From positions 21,314,795 through 21,378,794 of the forward strand of contig NC_092670.1 of NCBI RefSeq assembly GCF_964355755.1: a DNA stretch of 64,000 nucleotides. The letters run 5' to 3'. Of this stretch, positions 1-13,404 are shown piece after piece. The notes under the pieces are model-generated. The model did not search any database and was not told the DNA's origin. It saw only the letters and a list, made by a program, of their open reading frames with translations. The stretch is from Antedon mediterranea (Eukaryota; Animalia; Echinodermata). Each line of letters begins with the position of its first letter. The stretch's first letter is position 1. A program made the translations under genes and the position numbers.

Positions 1-945
1 TTTTTATACAGAATTGAAAATATGCATTCCAATGTAAATTGATTCTATGAAAAAATGTCACACTGTTGATTAGACTAACAATAATAATCAAAAGAAAAGT
101 GTTGAAGAAGCATTCTATCTGAACAGCAATGGCAGGACAAGTAAAAATATACAAAAAACTAGATGGGGAAAACAACCATACAGACTCGGGCAAGTCTAAT
201 GTTGGACATACGTAAATTAATTTCAATCCATTCCATGATTTGTATTTTTAAAAACCAAGATCTAATGTGTTTTTTTTAAATAAAAGAATATTTTATAAAG
301 AAAGCTATTGACTGATTGCTATTGTGGTTAGGTTTGTACACTATGGCTAATTATCCAGCGACCATCGACAACCATAAGACCAAACGTTACCTTATGACAT
401 TTATAATCATTATACAGTATACATTTAAAATGTTACCAAAAAGCTCAAACCGTAGCTGAATCAGTGCCGGTTTGTTGTTTGTTATGAGCGATGCGGTTGA
501 ATAATCACGAAAATAAGATCTATTGGAGAGGTAAGTAAAATCTTTTTGACCAATCAGATTTCTTATTTGGAACTGCCAAACTTTGAAACGGATCCATCCA
601 ATGTATTTCCAGTTTTTCCACCAACGCCGCTTCCGTCGTTTGTTTATTTTTTTCTGAAATGAGGGTCGCAATTCCTCAAAAGTTAGATTAGGCCTACTGG
701 GCTAGATTCAATAAATATACGTCTTATTAGTTTTCGTAAGTACACCCATTACGTTGAAATGTTTTTACCCTCATCATATTGTAAGGGAGATCCATATAAA
801 AAAACCTAGGCCGGTCTCTCCAGGCAGGAGTTTCAAAGTCTCCTCGCACTGTCGGCGGCGGTGCTGCTTTTTCTGGCCTAACTTTGTGCCTGCTGCCCTC
901 TAGCCTAAATACTAGGCCTAGCAGGTATTAGATGATTGATTAGGG

Positions 946-1665
946 TTTTTAGTCGCGTGGACGCGACTCTATAGTTCACTATGTCGGTCGGTCTGTCTGT
1001 CTGTCGGTCCGGTATCACTATGCGTTTTATCGCTTTCTGACCTTATCTTGATATATCAGTTTAATCCAGCTAAGTCAATTTTTCACAGTATATTCGTTAT
1101 GGCCAGGAATCGATGTGGTTATGTTTTCACGGTGCGCAATGAAAAATTACGCGGTCTACGCACGATTTAACGAAATCACGTTTGTAATCATATCTTCACA
1201 ACCATGAATCACAATTAAATGAAATTTGGTACTCATAAATTTCAGGGCATAAATCATCATATGGCAATACAATTACGTGCGTAGCGCATGTAACGCATGC
1301 GTACGCGCGGTTAAAATTTTCAAAATTTATTTTCGATGAAATAAGAGTACGTTTCAGGCAATTTTAAGCTTTTACAAAATTGCCATGAGTGCGCATATTT
1401 TTGCGCGCGCACTGCGCGTTAAATGTTATTGCGCACTCTTTTTGCCCGATTTCTGTTTTCTTGACTTACTTTTCAACTCGAAATTACGTTATACGAGCAC
1501 GTCAAAAGTGACAGGCTACGCACGTGTAAATTAAAAAAATATAAATGTTTTTAAACATTTCAACATTTTTAAACATGTTCAGTAATTTCGGTCAGTTGGT
1601 AGGTTGGTCCGTCGGTCGGTAAACACTAATGAGCACGCGACTGCAGCCATCTATATGGCCTTGTT
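946..1665 (+). mobile_element. DINE-1/HINE-like (Helentron-associated) non-autonomous element in the 5' region of FDXR
   Basis: Begins in a T-run. Subterminal AGTCGCGTG (951) is inverted as CACGCGACT (1634). Has a (GTCK)n microsatellite near 982-1010 and a 3' hairpin GCCATCTATATGGC followed by CTTGTT. The ends recur at 14731-14822. Confidence 0.65.
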
Positions 1666-1896
1666 TGTAGTAGTACTTTCGAACACCAAGCAATTAAAAT
1701 GAAGTGTTTGTAAGTTGTAGGACTTTTAATTTTACATATTTTATTTTATAGGTAGGCCTACATTAACAATAGATTAGGGATAGGCTTGGGCCTATATATA
1801 GGAGACTAAGGCTAAGGAGGCCTACTAGGGCCTAGGCCTAATATTTCTTGATTGATGTGATTTTTTTATTTTGCAGTTATCGAACAGTTTCAAATA

Positions 1897-4800
1897 ATGT
1901 CAAAATTGTTGGTTTTGCGAATGTTAAAAAAATCAGCGTGTTTGCAGAATTCAACATCTAATCGATGTGAGTTTCATGAAAATATATTGCTATGTAAAAG
2001 GGTGAGATAAAATTACATACGAATTGAGAGTGCCATCTTGCTCTTGCACGCATTTAGTTGCCCTTCAGATGTAACAGTAAGCAATTGGTTCATACTGTAT
2101 GTGTATATGTATACCTTACACATGCTGACTACAATGTCCAAATAATTCAGCATTCTATAGTGATTATTGTAATTAATTAATACTTTCAGATATCTTGGGA
2201 ACTTTTCAGAGAGCTTTGTGCAGTAGTAACAGTAAGCCAAAGATATGCATCGTTGGCAGTGGTCCAGCAGGATTCTACACCGCCCAGAGCCTAATTAAAG
2301 TAATTCATTGTTAAAGCCTCTAAAAGATATACTTCTACAATGATTTAGTTAAATTTCTTCTATGTTTCTTTATTATAATGCACTGTATCAATTATAAATC
2401 ATTATATTTGTATTTCAGGGCCACAAGGATTTGACAATAGACATGCTTGAGCGCCTGCCAGTTCCATTTGGTCTTGTGAGATACGGAGTGGCTCCAGATC
2501 ATCCTGAAGTAAAAGTATAACTGAATGTGATATATTCGAATACAAATGCAACATATAACATTATAAACATAAAATTGGTTTAAAAAAACTGACAGCATTA
2601 TATACATTTAAAAGCCTCAAACATAACATATATATTTTTTTCATCAAAAGATAATTTTCATTATTTTGTTGGTAAACAGCTTCTATAGCAATTTCAATAT
2701 ACTTATTTTACTATTTCTTTAATTTACCGTATTACTGTGTATTTCATCATCCCATGCAAATTCACACATTTTTTAAATCTATACAAATTTGTTACCAGTA
2801 CTGAATCTCCAGCTTTGATAACACATTTTATATTTGATCCATGATTTCAGAATGTGATTAACCAGTTTAGCACTTTAGCAGAAGGCGGTCGTTTACACTT
2901 TCATGGCAATGTAAATGTCGGGAAAGATGTAACTGTGGAGGAGTTGCGACAGATGTATGATGTCGTTGTCCTGGTATGTACACATTCAGCTCTGTCTACA
3001 CTATCAAATTAGTGTGTAGACATCTTCATCATCATTTGTGCTATTATCTGATTCTAAATTTTTAAGAACCAAGGATGTTTTTATGAAAGTGAGATAAATA
3101 AAGGAATTGATTTTACATTTCTAACACCATTTTCTATTTTAATAGAGCTACGGAGCTGAAGCTGATAAGGAGTTAGGAATACCAGGAGAGCATCTTGATG
3201 GTGTGTTGTCTGCTCGGGCTTTTGTAGGCTGGTACAATGGGTTACCAGAAGACAGACAGGTATTGCTGATATTGCATTGTTCACCCTCTAAAGCTCTGTC
3301 TACACTATCCAATTTTATGTGACAACAAAAATGTTGATTCACAATCTAGTATAGAATAGTACATTACAGTGATACTTTTTCTTTTAGCTCAATCCAAGTC
3401 TTGATTGTGATACAGCTGTTATAATTGGTCAAGGAAACGTAGCGTTAGATGTTGCCAGGATGCTATTAACCCCTATAGATATACTAAAGGTAGGTATAAA
3501 TGATCAATCTTTATTCTCGCCAATTTTATGTGCTACACAATTAGCTGAGCTGCATTAAGCATGTTTCCCACTAGCTATGCAATGTAAGAAAATGCCCTTC
3601 CAATAATAATTGCTCGTCAACGTTTCCATAGACTCAACCTGGTACGTGCTGTATTGTGTGATTTCCAGTGTTCTTGCCTTGCTTCATTGTGTGTTTTCCA
3701 GTGTTCTTGCCTTGCTTCATTGTGTGTTTTCCAGTGTTCTTGCCTTGCTTCATTGTGTGTTTTCCAGTGTTCTTGTCTTGCTTCATTGTGTGTTTTCCAG
3801 TGTTCTTGCCTTGCTTCATTGTGTGTTTTCCAGTGTTCTTGCCTTGCTTCATTGTGTGTTTTCCAGTGTTCTTGCCTTGCTTCATTGTGTGTTTTCCAGT
3901 GTTCTTGCCTTGCTTCATTGTGTGTTTTCCAGTGTTCTTGCCTTGCTTCATTGTGTGTTTTCCAGTGTTCTTGCCTTGCTTCATTGTGTGATTTCCAGTG
4001 TTCTTGCCTTGCTTGATTGTGTGTTTTCCAGTGTTCTTGCCTTGCTTCATTGTGTGTTTTCCAGTGTTCTTGCCTTGCTTCATTGTGTGATTTCCTGTTG
4101 CGATGTTTGCAGCACTGCTGCGTCGTTGGTTCCCACTTGTGATTACGCAATACAACACTTTACGTTGATACATTGTTGTGTTCTCTTGTCATACAACAGT
4201 GCAGTACAATGTCTGGACAATTTTGCTAGCAGTGTCCACTATAGAATTAATGGCATATACAGGCAGTATCATCATAGTCATGTTCATTATATTCCACAGA
4301 AAACTGACATTACGCAATATTCATTAGAACGAATTGCAGAGAGTAAAATAAAACATGTGTATTTGATTGGTCGACGAGGACCTCTACAAATAGCGTGTAC
4401 AATTAAAGAATTACGCGAGATGGTGAAGCTGCCTGAATGTAACGCGATACTACATCAAAAAGATTTTGAACATATAAAAGACATGGTTGCAGGTATGTAT
4501 ATATTTATCCCGCCAGAGAAATTTTTCATAAAAATAGGGAACTTTCGCCAATGAGCTTTGGTGACGCGATTATGAGATCATGTTCCGAATATGAGCACTG
4601 TTTCTATAATTTGACAGTATATTTATCTTACACTTTTTATAACAATATTTACATATTCCTCATAGTGAAACACGGGGAGGTTGTTGGAAAGTTTTCCAAG
4701 AGGTAGCTAGCACTCGATAGAGGGCTCATAACACAATAATGTTCCTAGTCATAATACTGAAATGCTTTTTCAGACCTTCCCCGAGCGAAAAAACGACTTA

Positions 4801-7800
4801 CTCAATTAATGGTGGACACAGCATTTACACCCATGGACGATAAGACAGGTTCTTGTAAAAATTGGAGGATGGAGTTTCTTCGAAGTCCAACAGAAGTGCT
4901 ACCTACACAAGATGGTAAAAAAGTTGCAGGAATTAGGCTCGAAATGAACAAACTAGAAGTAATTCTGCAGTATAGTAAATCCTTTTGATTTTTAGTTTAG
5001 CTGGATAAAGCTTGTTTCATACTTGGACGCAAAGCAAGGATGTTAGCCGCAATGTAATCAAATTGACCACTCACAAGCGACAGTTCCAATAATCTATTGC
5101 TTTTGATAGATCAATTTGCTTGCTTTGCAACTTATCTCCTTGTTTTGTGTTCTAGTATGAACCAAGCTTAAGGCAGACAATTTTGCTTGCTTCGATTAAG
5201 GGTTACTTGTAGTGTATTTCTCGGTCTGAATTCCCTTTGATGAATTAAGAAGCACCATCCTGGATTTTAGTAGAGTACAGGAAGTCTATTTCATCTTATT
5301 TTCTGTGGGTACCTTAAATCATATTCATAATTTTCATAGAAAAATCATTAGTGATACAGTTTAGTTTTATTTGTTAGTTTTGTTTTCTTTATTAGTTAGT
5401 TTTGTTTGTACAAACGATTGTAAAGTAAAAGTTTTGATAATAAATTCAAAGTGTGTGACTGCTATATACAATTTTTATTTGAAGGGTAAAATTGGGCAGG
5501 AATATGCTGTCGCAACTGGCAACTTTGAAGATATACCATGTGGTCTAGTTCTGAGAAGTATTGGATACAAAAGCACATGCATAGATAAGACAGTTCCATT
5601 TGATACAAAGAAGGGCATTGTGATAAATGATAAGGGACGTGTCACAAACATAAAAGGTAATCATTCCAATTAAATTTTAGAGGACCTTTAATTATCTACA
5701 CACTTATCATTTTTATTTCTATTTCCACAATATAACTACATATAATATACAATAACATAATGATAAACTTAATTTAGTTACTTGACTAGACTTGGATATA
5801 AATACATTATAAAAAAAAGTAGTTCAGTCTAGGGTTGAGAGCAGATAAGTCGGAAAGTTCGACCCACCCCAATATAAAACATTAAATATGAAAAAACTAA
5901 TTACATAAACTAAAACAATATAAAAAAAAAACAAAGCTACAATTTCTATTTAATCACTTTTTCCGGTCTTATCTGGTCTTATGAAATTGTTGACATTAAA
6001 TCCAGATTAAAGGCACTCTTTAAAAGACATTGACATAATATTTCTGAATATTCAGTGGCATTCAAATATGCATTAAGAAAGTGCCTTACAGCTCTTTCTA
6101 CATTATCAAAGTTTATGAGACAAAAAATGTGATGTGTCTATATATGGACACGATGACATCATATCACTACCATATTTGGGCAAGTCACACATTTTTTTGT
6201 CAAACTAGTTTGATAGTGTAGACAAAGCTTAATAAATGTATGTGTCTACATTATTTCTGAATAGTATACAATGGCCTTCGTTTAAATCTGTTCCCAAGAT
6301 TTTATTGCTGCGAGCCTCCTACTATTCAATAAAAAGTGTTTTTAATGTACATTATTTTACATCACATACCTACATTAGCAAAACTGATCAGGTTATTACC
6401 ATCTGTACCGTCTTTTATTGCAAATTTGAAAGAAAGTGGAGTAAAATTTGAGCATTATATTTGCCTACCGACTTTGAGTTCATTTGTTCAAATCATGTAA
6501 AAACAAAGCAATGTGTATTATTTTGTTATTATGCTGTCCTGTTGGTGCAGTACCTTCTGCTTTCTTGGGCTAGAATCTAACCCCTAGTTATCAATGCACG
6601 ATCTGTGTTTGAAGATTATCTTACAACAATTACACCTATAATCAAACCAATTAATTTAGCATTTTCTTCCAAGCTATCTTTTAATTTATCATTGTAATGT
6701 AAACATGGCGATTTGCGTGGGAATGCCACTGTGTGTGAACCGTACATGTGCTAATCACATACATACATTAAAGCTGTGTACTTAAACGTTTGGCACAATC
6801 ACTTACAAAGCAAAACATTGGAATTATTAGCAGCAATTAAGCTAAATTGGTACTTACAGCATGTAATTGACAGTTTCAGTTGAGTGTTTACATTACTGAC
6901 CATTTACAGTGAAAGTATGTCATGCCATAAGTCTACCATACCTACAGTACAATGTGCTCAGGTTATTAAAACTCCATACAATAAGTACAAAATGAAGAAG
7001 ACTGTACGGTAAAATATGTACGAGTTGAAAACCTTAAGATTTTAATTTAATTAAAGATCTTTATAGTGACTAAAGGTTACATTTTTATATACATTGTTTA
7101 CATTTTGTTTATTTCTTCTTGATACTCTATGACCTAGACTTACCCAAATCAGTAATATTGTTATTTATTTCTTCTTTATACTCTATGACCTAGACTTGCC
7201 CAAATCAGTAATATTGTTATTTATTTCTTCTTGATACTCTATCTATGACCTAGACTTGCCCAAATCAGTAATATTGCCTTTTTTATGTTAGTCCACTCGT
7301 CCGTATTTCAATTTTTGTATGGTGTAAATTTTTGTCAAGTATGTATGAAACGCCAAATGTGCCAAAGTACTTATCTTTTTTTTTAATTCGAACCACGGTC
7401 AAACCTAGACTATCCGTTACCATGAACTTTTCATTTTTCAATAGAGGATATGATCAGTACCTAGGGAACTTTTTTTTAATATTGTACCCAGTTCTTATCA
7501 TGCACATGTGGAAAGTATCTAGAGGACCCATCCGAAGGTTGAGGTTTGTTTGTTTAGTACACAGTACATTTATTATTCACAGCTTAAGCTCTGTCTACAC
7601 TATCACACTCAGTTGACAAAAAAAAAAGTGTGATGTGCCCAAATATTGTAGTGATATGACATCATGATGTCCATATGGGCACATCACATTAATTTGTTGT
7701 CTACTTAAAGTTTGATAATGAAGACAGGGCTTTAGAATATAATTGTTTTTTTAATTTAACCTGTAGGTATGTACTGTAGTGGGTGGGTGAAAAGAGGACC

Positions 7801-8164
7801 ACAAGGTGTAATATTATCGTCTCTAAATGATGCCATGGAAACAAGCAAAGTTATATTAGAAGATATAAGAAATGAGGTCTTTAAACCATGTCAAAGGTCA
7901 GAAAAACAAAGTACAAGACACTTTTTACAAGAAAGAGGTAATTGAATATTAAATTCTTTATTTTCAAATACAGATATATAATATTATATAGCTGATAGAA
8001 CATTTTAAACGGTGTTTAATACATTATTTTATATAGGAGTACAATGCATTAGTTTTAATGACTGGAAGAAAATAGATGATTTAGAAATGGAGCGAGGGAA
8101 TGCTGTAGGAAAACCCAGAGAAAAAATAGCAAGTATACAAGAGATGCTTGGAGTTGTTAAATGA
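1897..8164 (+). CDS. FDXR: NADPH:adrenodoxin oxidoreductase (ferredoxin reductase), mitochondrial; multi-exon
   Basis: GT-AG exons join in frame: basic N-terminus [27 protein letters not shown] (FAD-binding), [85 protein letters not shown], stop TGA at 8162-8164. Confidence 0.96.
3653..4095. repeat. 33-bp minisatellite, about 13 copies, in a FDXR intron
   Basis: Unit TTCCAGTGTTCTTGCCTTGCTTCATTGTGTGTT. It explains the 11-aa periodic ORFs in five frames. Confidence 0.95.
5009..5168. mobile_element. MITE family B (PIF/Harbinger-like)
   Basis: Imperfect TIRs AGCTTGTTTCATACT...AGTATGAACCAAGCT with TAA on both sides. Related copies at 49094-49241, about 49460-49597, about 53955-54099 and a single end at about 61394. 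Confidence 0.7.
6090..6229. mobile_element. MITE family A (PIF/Harbinger-like), about 140 bp
   Basis: Consensus TIR AGCTCTGTCTACACTATCAAA...TTTGATAGTGTAGACAGAGCT with internal TGTGATGTGCCC / CACTACCATATTTGGG motifs shared by about 12 copies in the window. Confidence 0.8.
7108..7276. repeat. 56-bp tandem repeat, 3 copies
   Basis: TACTCTATGACCTAGACTT(A/G)CCCAAATCAGTAATATTG recurs at about 7123, 7179 and 7235. Confidence 0.9.
7587..7731. mobile_element. MITE family A copy
   Basis: Same TIRs, TTA on both flanks. Confidence 0.8.
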
Positions 8165-8215
8165 ATTTGACATTTTAATTAATTTTTGAATAGTTCAACA
8201 ATACAAATCTCTTCT

Positions 8216-8335
8216 ACTCTGTCTACACTATCAAACCTTATATGACAAAAAAATGTGATGTGTCCATATATTGACATGATGATGTCATATTACTACCATG
8301 TTTGGGTGTATCACTACCATATTTGGGCACATCAT
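8216..8335. mobile_element. MITE family A, truncated copy in the FDXR 3' UTR region
   Basis: CTCTGTCTACACTATCAAA end plus internal motifs. The second TIR is missing. Confidence 0.7.
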
Positions 8336-9133
8336 TGCATTGTATTCTAATCTTAACTTGGATTTTGATGATGTCTGCTGTTAACCAAAGTATTAAATAA
8401 TCTTATTTGTTTGAAATGTAACAAATTATAGCTTAAATATAAATAAATTTTTCTGAGGTATACAACTATGATTATGATGATAATATAAATACTTTTAAAT
8501 TTGTAATTGTTTTTGTGACTTCCCTTTTCTGTTTTGGGTTTCGTTTTTGGTAGTAACCATGATTTTTTAGTCTCATCTAATACTCCCAGAAATTGTCTTG
8601 TTCATCGATTTTGGCTGCATTGGTTGTAAGCCTACATACAGTACATACCATTCTGAGAACATTAAAGAGATTCTTTTTTATTCCATCTGTCCAGTTTAGA
8701 AAGATTCGGAATTCCGAGGTGAAGTATTCTGAATCTTTCAAGACTGGAATGATATCGGAAATCCGAATCTTTGGAAGATATACTGTCACTTGGTTATTTA
8801 TCTTAGAAACGTTTATCTGAATACCTCCGTCTGTGAGATTCCGTAGTTTTCACATTGGCAGCAGAAATGTCCAGAAAACGGTAAAAATACGGATTTCTAT
8901 TGGAAATCTTTATGTTGCATTAAATGTATACGAGATAGAAGTCTTTGGTATTTATCCATTGACACGTTTATCCGAATACCTCCGTCTATGAGTGAGAGTT
9001 GTGTCCATAGACTGCCTTTCTAAATAGGCTGCTGAACCTAGTTCTACCTAAAATATGTTTTTCTTGTGCAAACAAATCTACAACTGCGAGGCATAATGCG
9101 TCATCCGCGACAAAAAGCACACGGTGAATTGCC

Positions 9134-10270
9134 TCATATCGGTATGTCAGGTCGGAAGGCTGAACTGTGTGTCGTAGAACAGACTGGTGTAGTCTGTCCA
9201 GCAGAAACACAATTGCTTTTCGGCATATGGTGGGAAGACTGTCGTCTGATCTTCCGGCAAATTATCTCTGTCGCCGTCTGACGAAAACTAACGTTTGAGG
9301 AATAAATTAAAACATTCCACCAACTGTTTGATAGTGCCAACCAGGTGACTGTAAACTCGACAGCTGGTATCACACGCTGTCCTTGAATCAACATGTACAG
9401 AATACAGCTCACATAAGGAGTCCAGGCAACATTGAATGCTATCCAAACATACGCGAACGTTCGTAGTGCTTTGGAATCTTTGATAGAAATGAGATTCTGA
9501 AGGAATGTTGTGTGGTCGTGATCGGACATACTCCTACATGAAGCGTTGAAAGTCGATATAGCTTTAGAATGTCGGTAGGCAATCCAGAAAAGACGGGTAT
9601 ACATGCCGAATATTAGAAAGGACGGAAGTAAAACAATCCATATACTTTGAATTAAAATAACAGTTGTATTTCCATGTGCATGCCAGTTAATGACACACCC
9701 AAATGCGGCTTCGCTATAGCTAACGTACGGACCCCAGATGTAAGAACATCCAATCATGTATAATATACAAAACACCCAACAGACGACAGTTACCTGTTTC
9801 GCGCGCCTTGTCGTCAAAATCGTGTGATATCGAAGAGGTCTTGTAATGGCAATGTATCGGTCCAAACTTATTAAAAGTAGAAAGGTTATTGACACAGCAC
9901 AAAACGTGTTAACTAAACAGGCGACCACAGTGCAGAGAGGGTAACCAGCAGGCCAGTCGTTGGCAATCACGGAAGCTAGTCCAAAAGGTTCGCATACAAT
10001 ACCAATGCAGAGATCTGCCACCGTTATTGACGTCAGAAACACTTTGGTCGTGCTTTTGATTTGCGAGTTATTCTTGATGATAAGCAGGTTCACAATGTTG
10101 CTAAAGACCGTCAGGAGAATGGTAAAAGATACAAATACAGCGATCAAACACTGCTTCCATAACAAAAAGTCTTGGTTCGATTCGCCATCAGTATCACTTT
10201 GCGTAGATATCTTGTCATCGTCAGAAGCTACCGCATTGACTGATTTTCCTATTGTTTCTTCAAGACACAT
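9134..10270 (-). CDS. Intronless rhodopsin-family (class A) GPCR, amine-receptor-like orphan
   Basis: Seven hydrophobic segments. TM1 SN, TM2 VADL, TM3 SLDRYIAI followed by RPLRY, TM4 W, TM6 AWTPY, TM7 SNSWWNVLIY. Confidence 0.93.
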   Translation of the reverse strand: MCLEETIGKSVNAVASDDDKISTQSDTDGESNQDFLLWKQCLIAVFVSFTILLTVFSNIVNLLIIKNNSQIKSTTKVFLTSITVADLCIGIVCEPFGLASVIANDWPAGYPLCTVVACLVNTFCAVSITFLLLISLDRYIAITRPLRYHTILTTRRAKQVTVVCWVFCILYMIGCSYIWGPYVSYSEAAFGCVINWHAHGNTTVILIQSIWIVLLPSFLIFGMYTRLFWIAYRHSKAISTFNASCRSMSDHDHTTFLQNLISIKDSKALRTFAYVWIAFNVAWTPYVSCILYMLIQGQRVIPAVEFTVTWLALSNSWWNVLIYSSNVSFRQTATEIICRKIRRQSSHHMPKSNCVSAGQTTPVCSTTHSSAFRPDIPI

Positions 10271-11347
10271 TATGTGTTATAACAATGTATTGTATATGCC
10301 TCGTAGTTGCACATATATCGCGGTAGTACCGCAAGCAAAACACGTCACCAATTAATACTGAATGCTTAAGTTTACGATAAATTTAGATAAGTGTTTTAGA
10401 CTTTGATTGCACTGACTTATACCGTCTTAATTACGTCACCTTTTTCAGGCTGTAGAGGGGGGTTGTGTAACTAATGTATTTATGTAAACTACAATAGAAC
10501 ACAATACAGTATTATTATTAATTAGCAATATTAAAGCATGACTTTTTTGTATAATGGTGAAACAGATCATTTATGGTATACGATCGATATATGAGAATAA
10601 ATACATACATTCTCTTTCAATAATTATTTTAATTTATTCAAATTAAATTTTAATTACGTCATGTGACGTTCCTTGTTACGGTGTCAAGGTAATAAATAGG
10701 CAATTTCCCCTCAGCAGTTTAAATTGTGAGTTACAGCCCGGCCGCGATATTTCTATAAGTTGATTTGAATGTTAGTAGCATATAACCGTTCTAAGCACCA
10801 TAGGGGGTGCACTCAGTTACGGGGGTACCTACAATTTTAGAACAACGTCACAAAATAAACATGAATATTCATTAGTCATATCCATAAGGTGTGACGTAAG
10901 AATTTAACCCTAAAAACAAGCAAAATTCAACCCCCGGGGCTGAAATACACCCTGGGGGAAAATTCATTCCCGTGAAACTGATTGACATCACAGGAAGTGC
11001 CGCTAGCTTAATCTGTAATCAAATAGCAAATACTAGTCGATACAAAAGGTTAGACATTAGGTTTTAAAAAAATATAGCCTATTGTTTGTTAAGTACTTGC
11101 AAACAGATAAAGTTTCACGCCAAACAATAGATATTTGACATTTTTAATACAGCACCTAATACCGTTTTAGCAAATAATGGTGGATAGTGGAAAGGTGACA
11201 GTTTATGCGATGTCGTCGGGGATGTCGTGGCTACGATGAAATTACCGGTTCTTATTTATGAAAAGGTAACTAAATTAATTGATTGCAAATAAAAGAATGA
11301 GTAATTTCTACGGCAGTGAATATGATGCTGCGGTTGCATGGTCTGAC

Positions 11348-11384
11348 CAGGGAGGGAGTTCTTGTAAAATATTACAACTCCCTG
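11348..11384. mobile_element. Micro-palindrome CAGGGAG...CTCCCTG with 7-bp duplication (putative transposon footprint)
   Basis: Flanks are GTCTGAC / GTCTGAA. The same structure occurs at 26968 and 59576. Confidence 0.65.
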
Positions 11385-11781
11385 GTCTGAAGAACAGACT
11401 CGTCGAATACGAATCCAAGACGATTTTTTTTATTCAACAAAAATTCAAATAATTACACACTCTCCTCTCATAATGAAGGAATAATACGGTAGGCTACGTC
11501 GTCATATTTATAAGAACAAAAAATAAAACACCAAGTTATTATTAATGTAAATCAATGTAGGCCTACATTATTGTAACAACTGTAACATATTCACAATAGA
11601 AAAACCTAACCTAAACCTAATGTGACACAGTAGAGGCGTATTTATTATCTACACGTAGACCTGGAGTTTGCATCATTTGTACATTAAAAAAGGTCTCCCG
11701 ACTTCTTATGATACATCTCCCAGGTCTCATAAATTTGTAGAGAAGCTAATAAAATGACTAACCAAGTGGGATGTAATTACC

Positions 11782-11796
11782 GTTGCTCTTAGCAAC
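11782..11796. promoter_or_regulatory. Candidate RFX X-box
   Basis: GTTGCTCTTAGCAAC palindrome. It is followed by TGCGCATGTG (NRF1-like) and a GTAAGT donor at about 12097. Confidence 0.45.
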
Positions 11797-13404
11797 TATT
11801 CACTGCGCATGTGTGTATTTTAAGCCAAGATAGTTTTGTCGAGTTCACAATAGCGATCGATCGATACTTAAGCAACATTGGTGTCAAGTCTACAAGGCGG
11901 ACCAAATCGAAGGGGTACATTCGTGTTGGTAACTGGTCCAAGTGTTTTGTTTACTTTTGTATCGATACTATTTCAATTCTAGGTTGTTGTGGTGGTGCAG
12001 ACGATCTTGGAAATAGCGTTAGGCCTACAAATTCAGGCCACTTTCAAAATGGATCCGTATTACGAAAGGTCTATTAAGGAACTCGGCTCCAACTCTGTAA
12101 GTTGATTTATGATGACTTTTATAACGACTTTATGACTTTGTTTCATTACGGGGTTTTTTGTGTGTGTTTTGTTTTTGGGTTTTTTTCTTCAGAACAGGCC
12201 TAGAACCGATATAAATGTATAGAACCTATCATTTTTAGGCTCTTTTGCAAATTAATTCATCTTACATTATACTTGCATGTGGCCGGTTGTCATTACAATC
12301 ATTTAATCAAAATGTTATTCAATTATCAAACGAATCCAAAATAATAATCATCATCATCACATGTCAATCCAGTATTCATTGTGAGGAGGATGCGAGTAGA
12401 TAATATAATTATCTTTTCTATATTTAGTTATCTAACACCATGGAGAAATACTAACTTAATTTCTCCATTCTAAACGTCCATTGTAGGAGCCTACTTACTA
12501 GTACGACAAAAAACAGTCACCAACAATTCATTTTCTTCTGGCTTCTATTAGTATATAATTGATAGATGATGGTTCATTGAGTGTAAACCAGTATAACTTT
12601 TATTTTACCTTACGTTTTCTAGACAGTTTCAATGAACCATCATATCAATATAACAATTTTGTTTAAATTCAATTACTTTTAATTTAAAACAATTAATTTT
12701 GAGGCGTGAAAATGACAAATCCTGAATTAGTTGGTTCTTGTAAAAAATGTATATGTAATACTAAAACTATTAACAGAAGATAAGCGAGTGTACTTGATAT
12801 TTATGTACAACAACTAAAGGAAAATCAAACCGATATAAATCATCAGGTCTACTCTAGCTAGACCATAAGATGTTCAAATACGATTGGATAAAAACCGGTT
12901 TCACTAAAAAAAATTTTAATCGATGGCACGGTATTAAAAATCAGTCATCAGTACTAAAGTACCCGTACTTAACTTGCATTGTAATAATCCATTAGGCTAC
13001 TTAGGTGAGAAATGTCATTCATATTAATAGGACAAATCGCACGAGAAGTTAAATGATATCACGACATGTCCGCACTTCATTATCATTTTCCTCATTCAAA
13101 ACTAGACTACCTTTTCTCCAAACTATGTAATCCTTTTCCAGACTTTAAATTGTAAAATATTAGATCTAAGTATTTATATTTATTTATTTATATCAGTTAT
13201 TTACTACTGTATATTCCAAATTTTCTTTATTCTGATTTTTAATTCTCATATGTAATTTATTTTATTTATAGGGTTTTGTTTTTTTTTAAAACTTTACTGT
13301 TATTGTTGTATTTTGTGTATTGTAGGCCTATTTATTTTTTTAGATTTTTATTTTATTTAATTGAAACCAACATCGATAATTACCTCCACTAACAGGTTTG
13401 ATAT

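Noticed and set aside
176-210. Possible first coding exon (MSNIRLARV) of a minus-strand gene divergent from FDXR
   Set aside because: Too short to support, and the rest would lie outside the window.
3610-4173. Five overlapping repetitive ORFs
   Set aside because: They are translations of the 33-bp intronic minisatellite. Only 4300-4492 is a true FDXR exon.
9066-10355. Plus-strand ORFs 9066-9281 and 9960-10355, and similar antisense ORFs at 15490, 16766, 17043
   Set aside because: Shadows of real coding sequence on the opposite strand.
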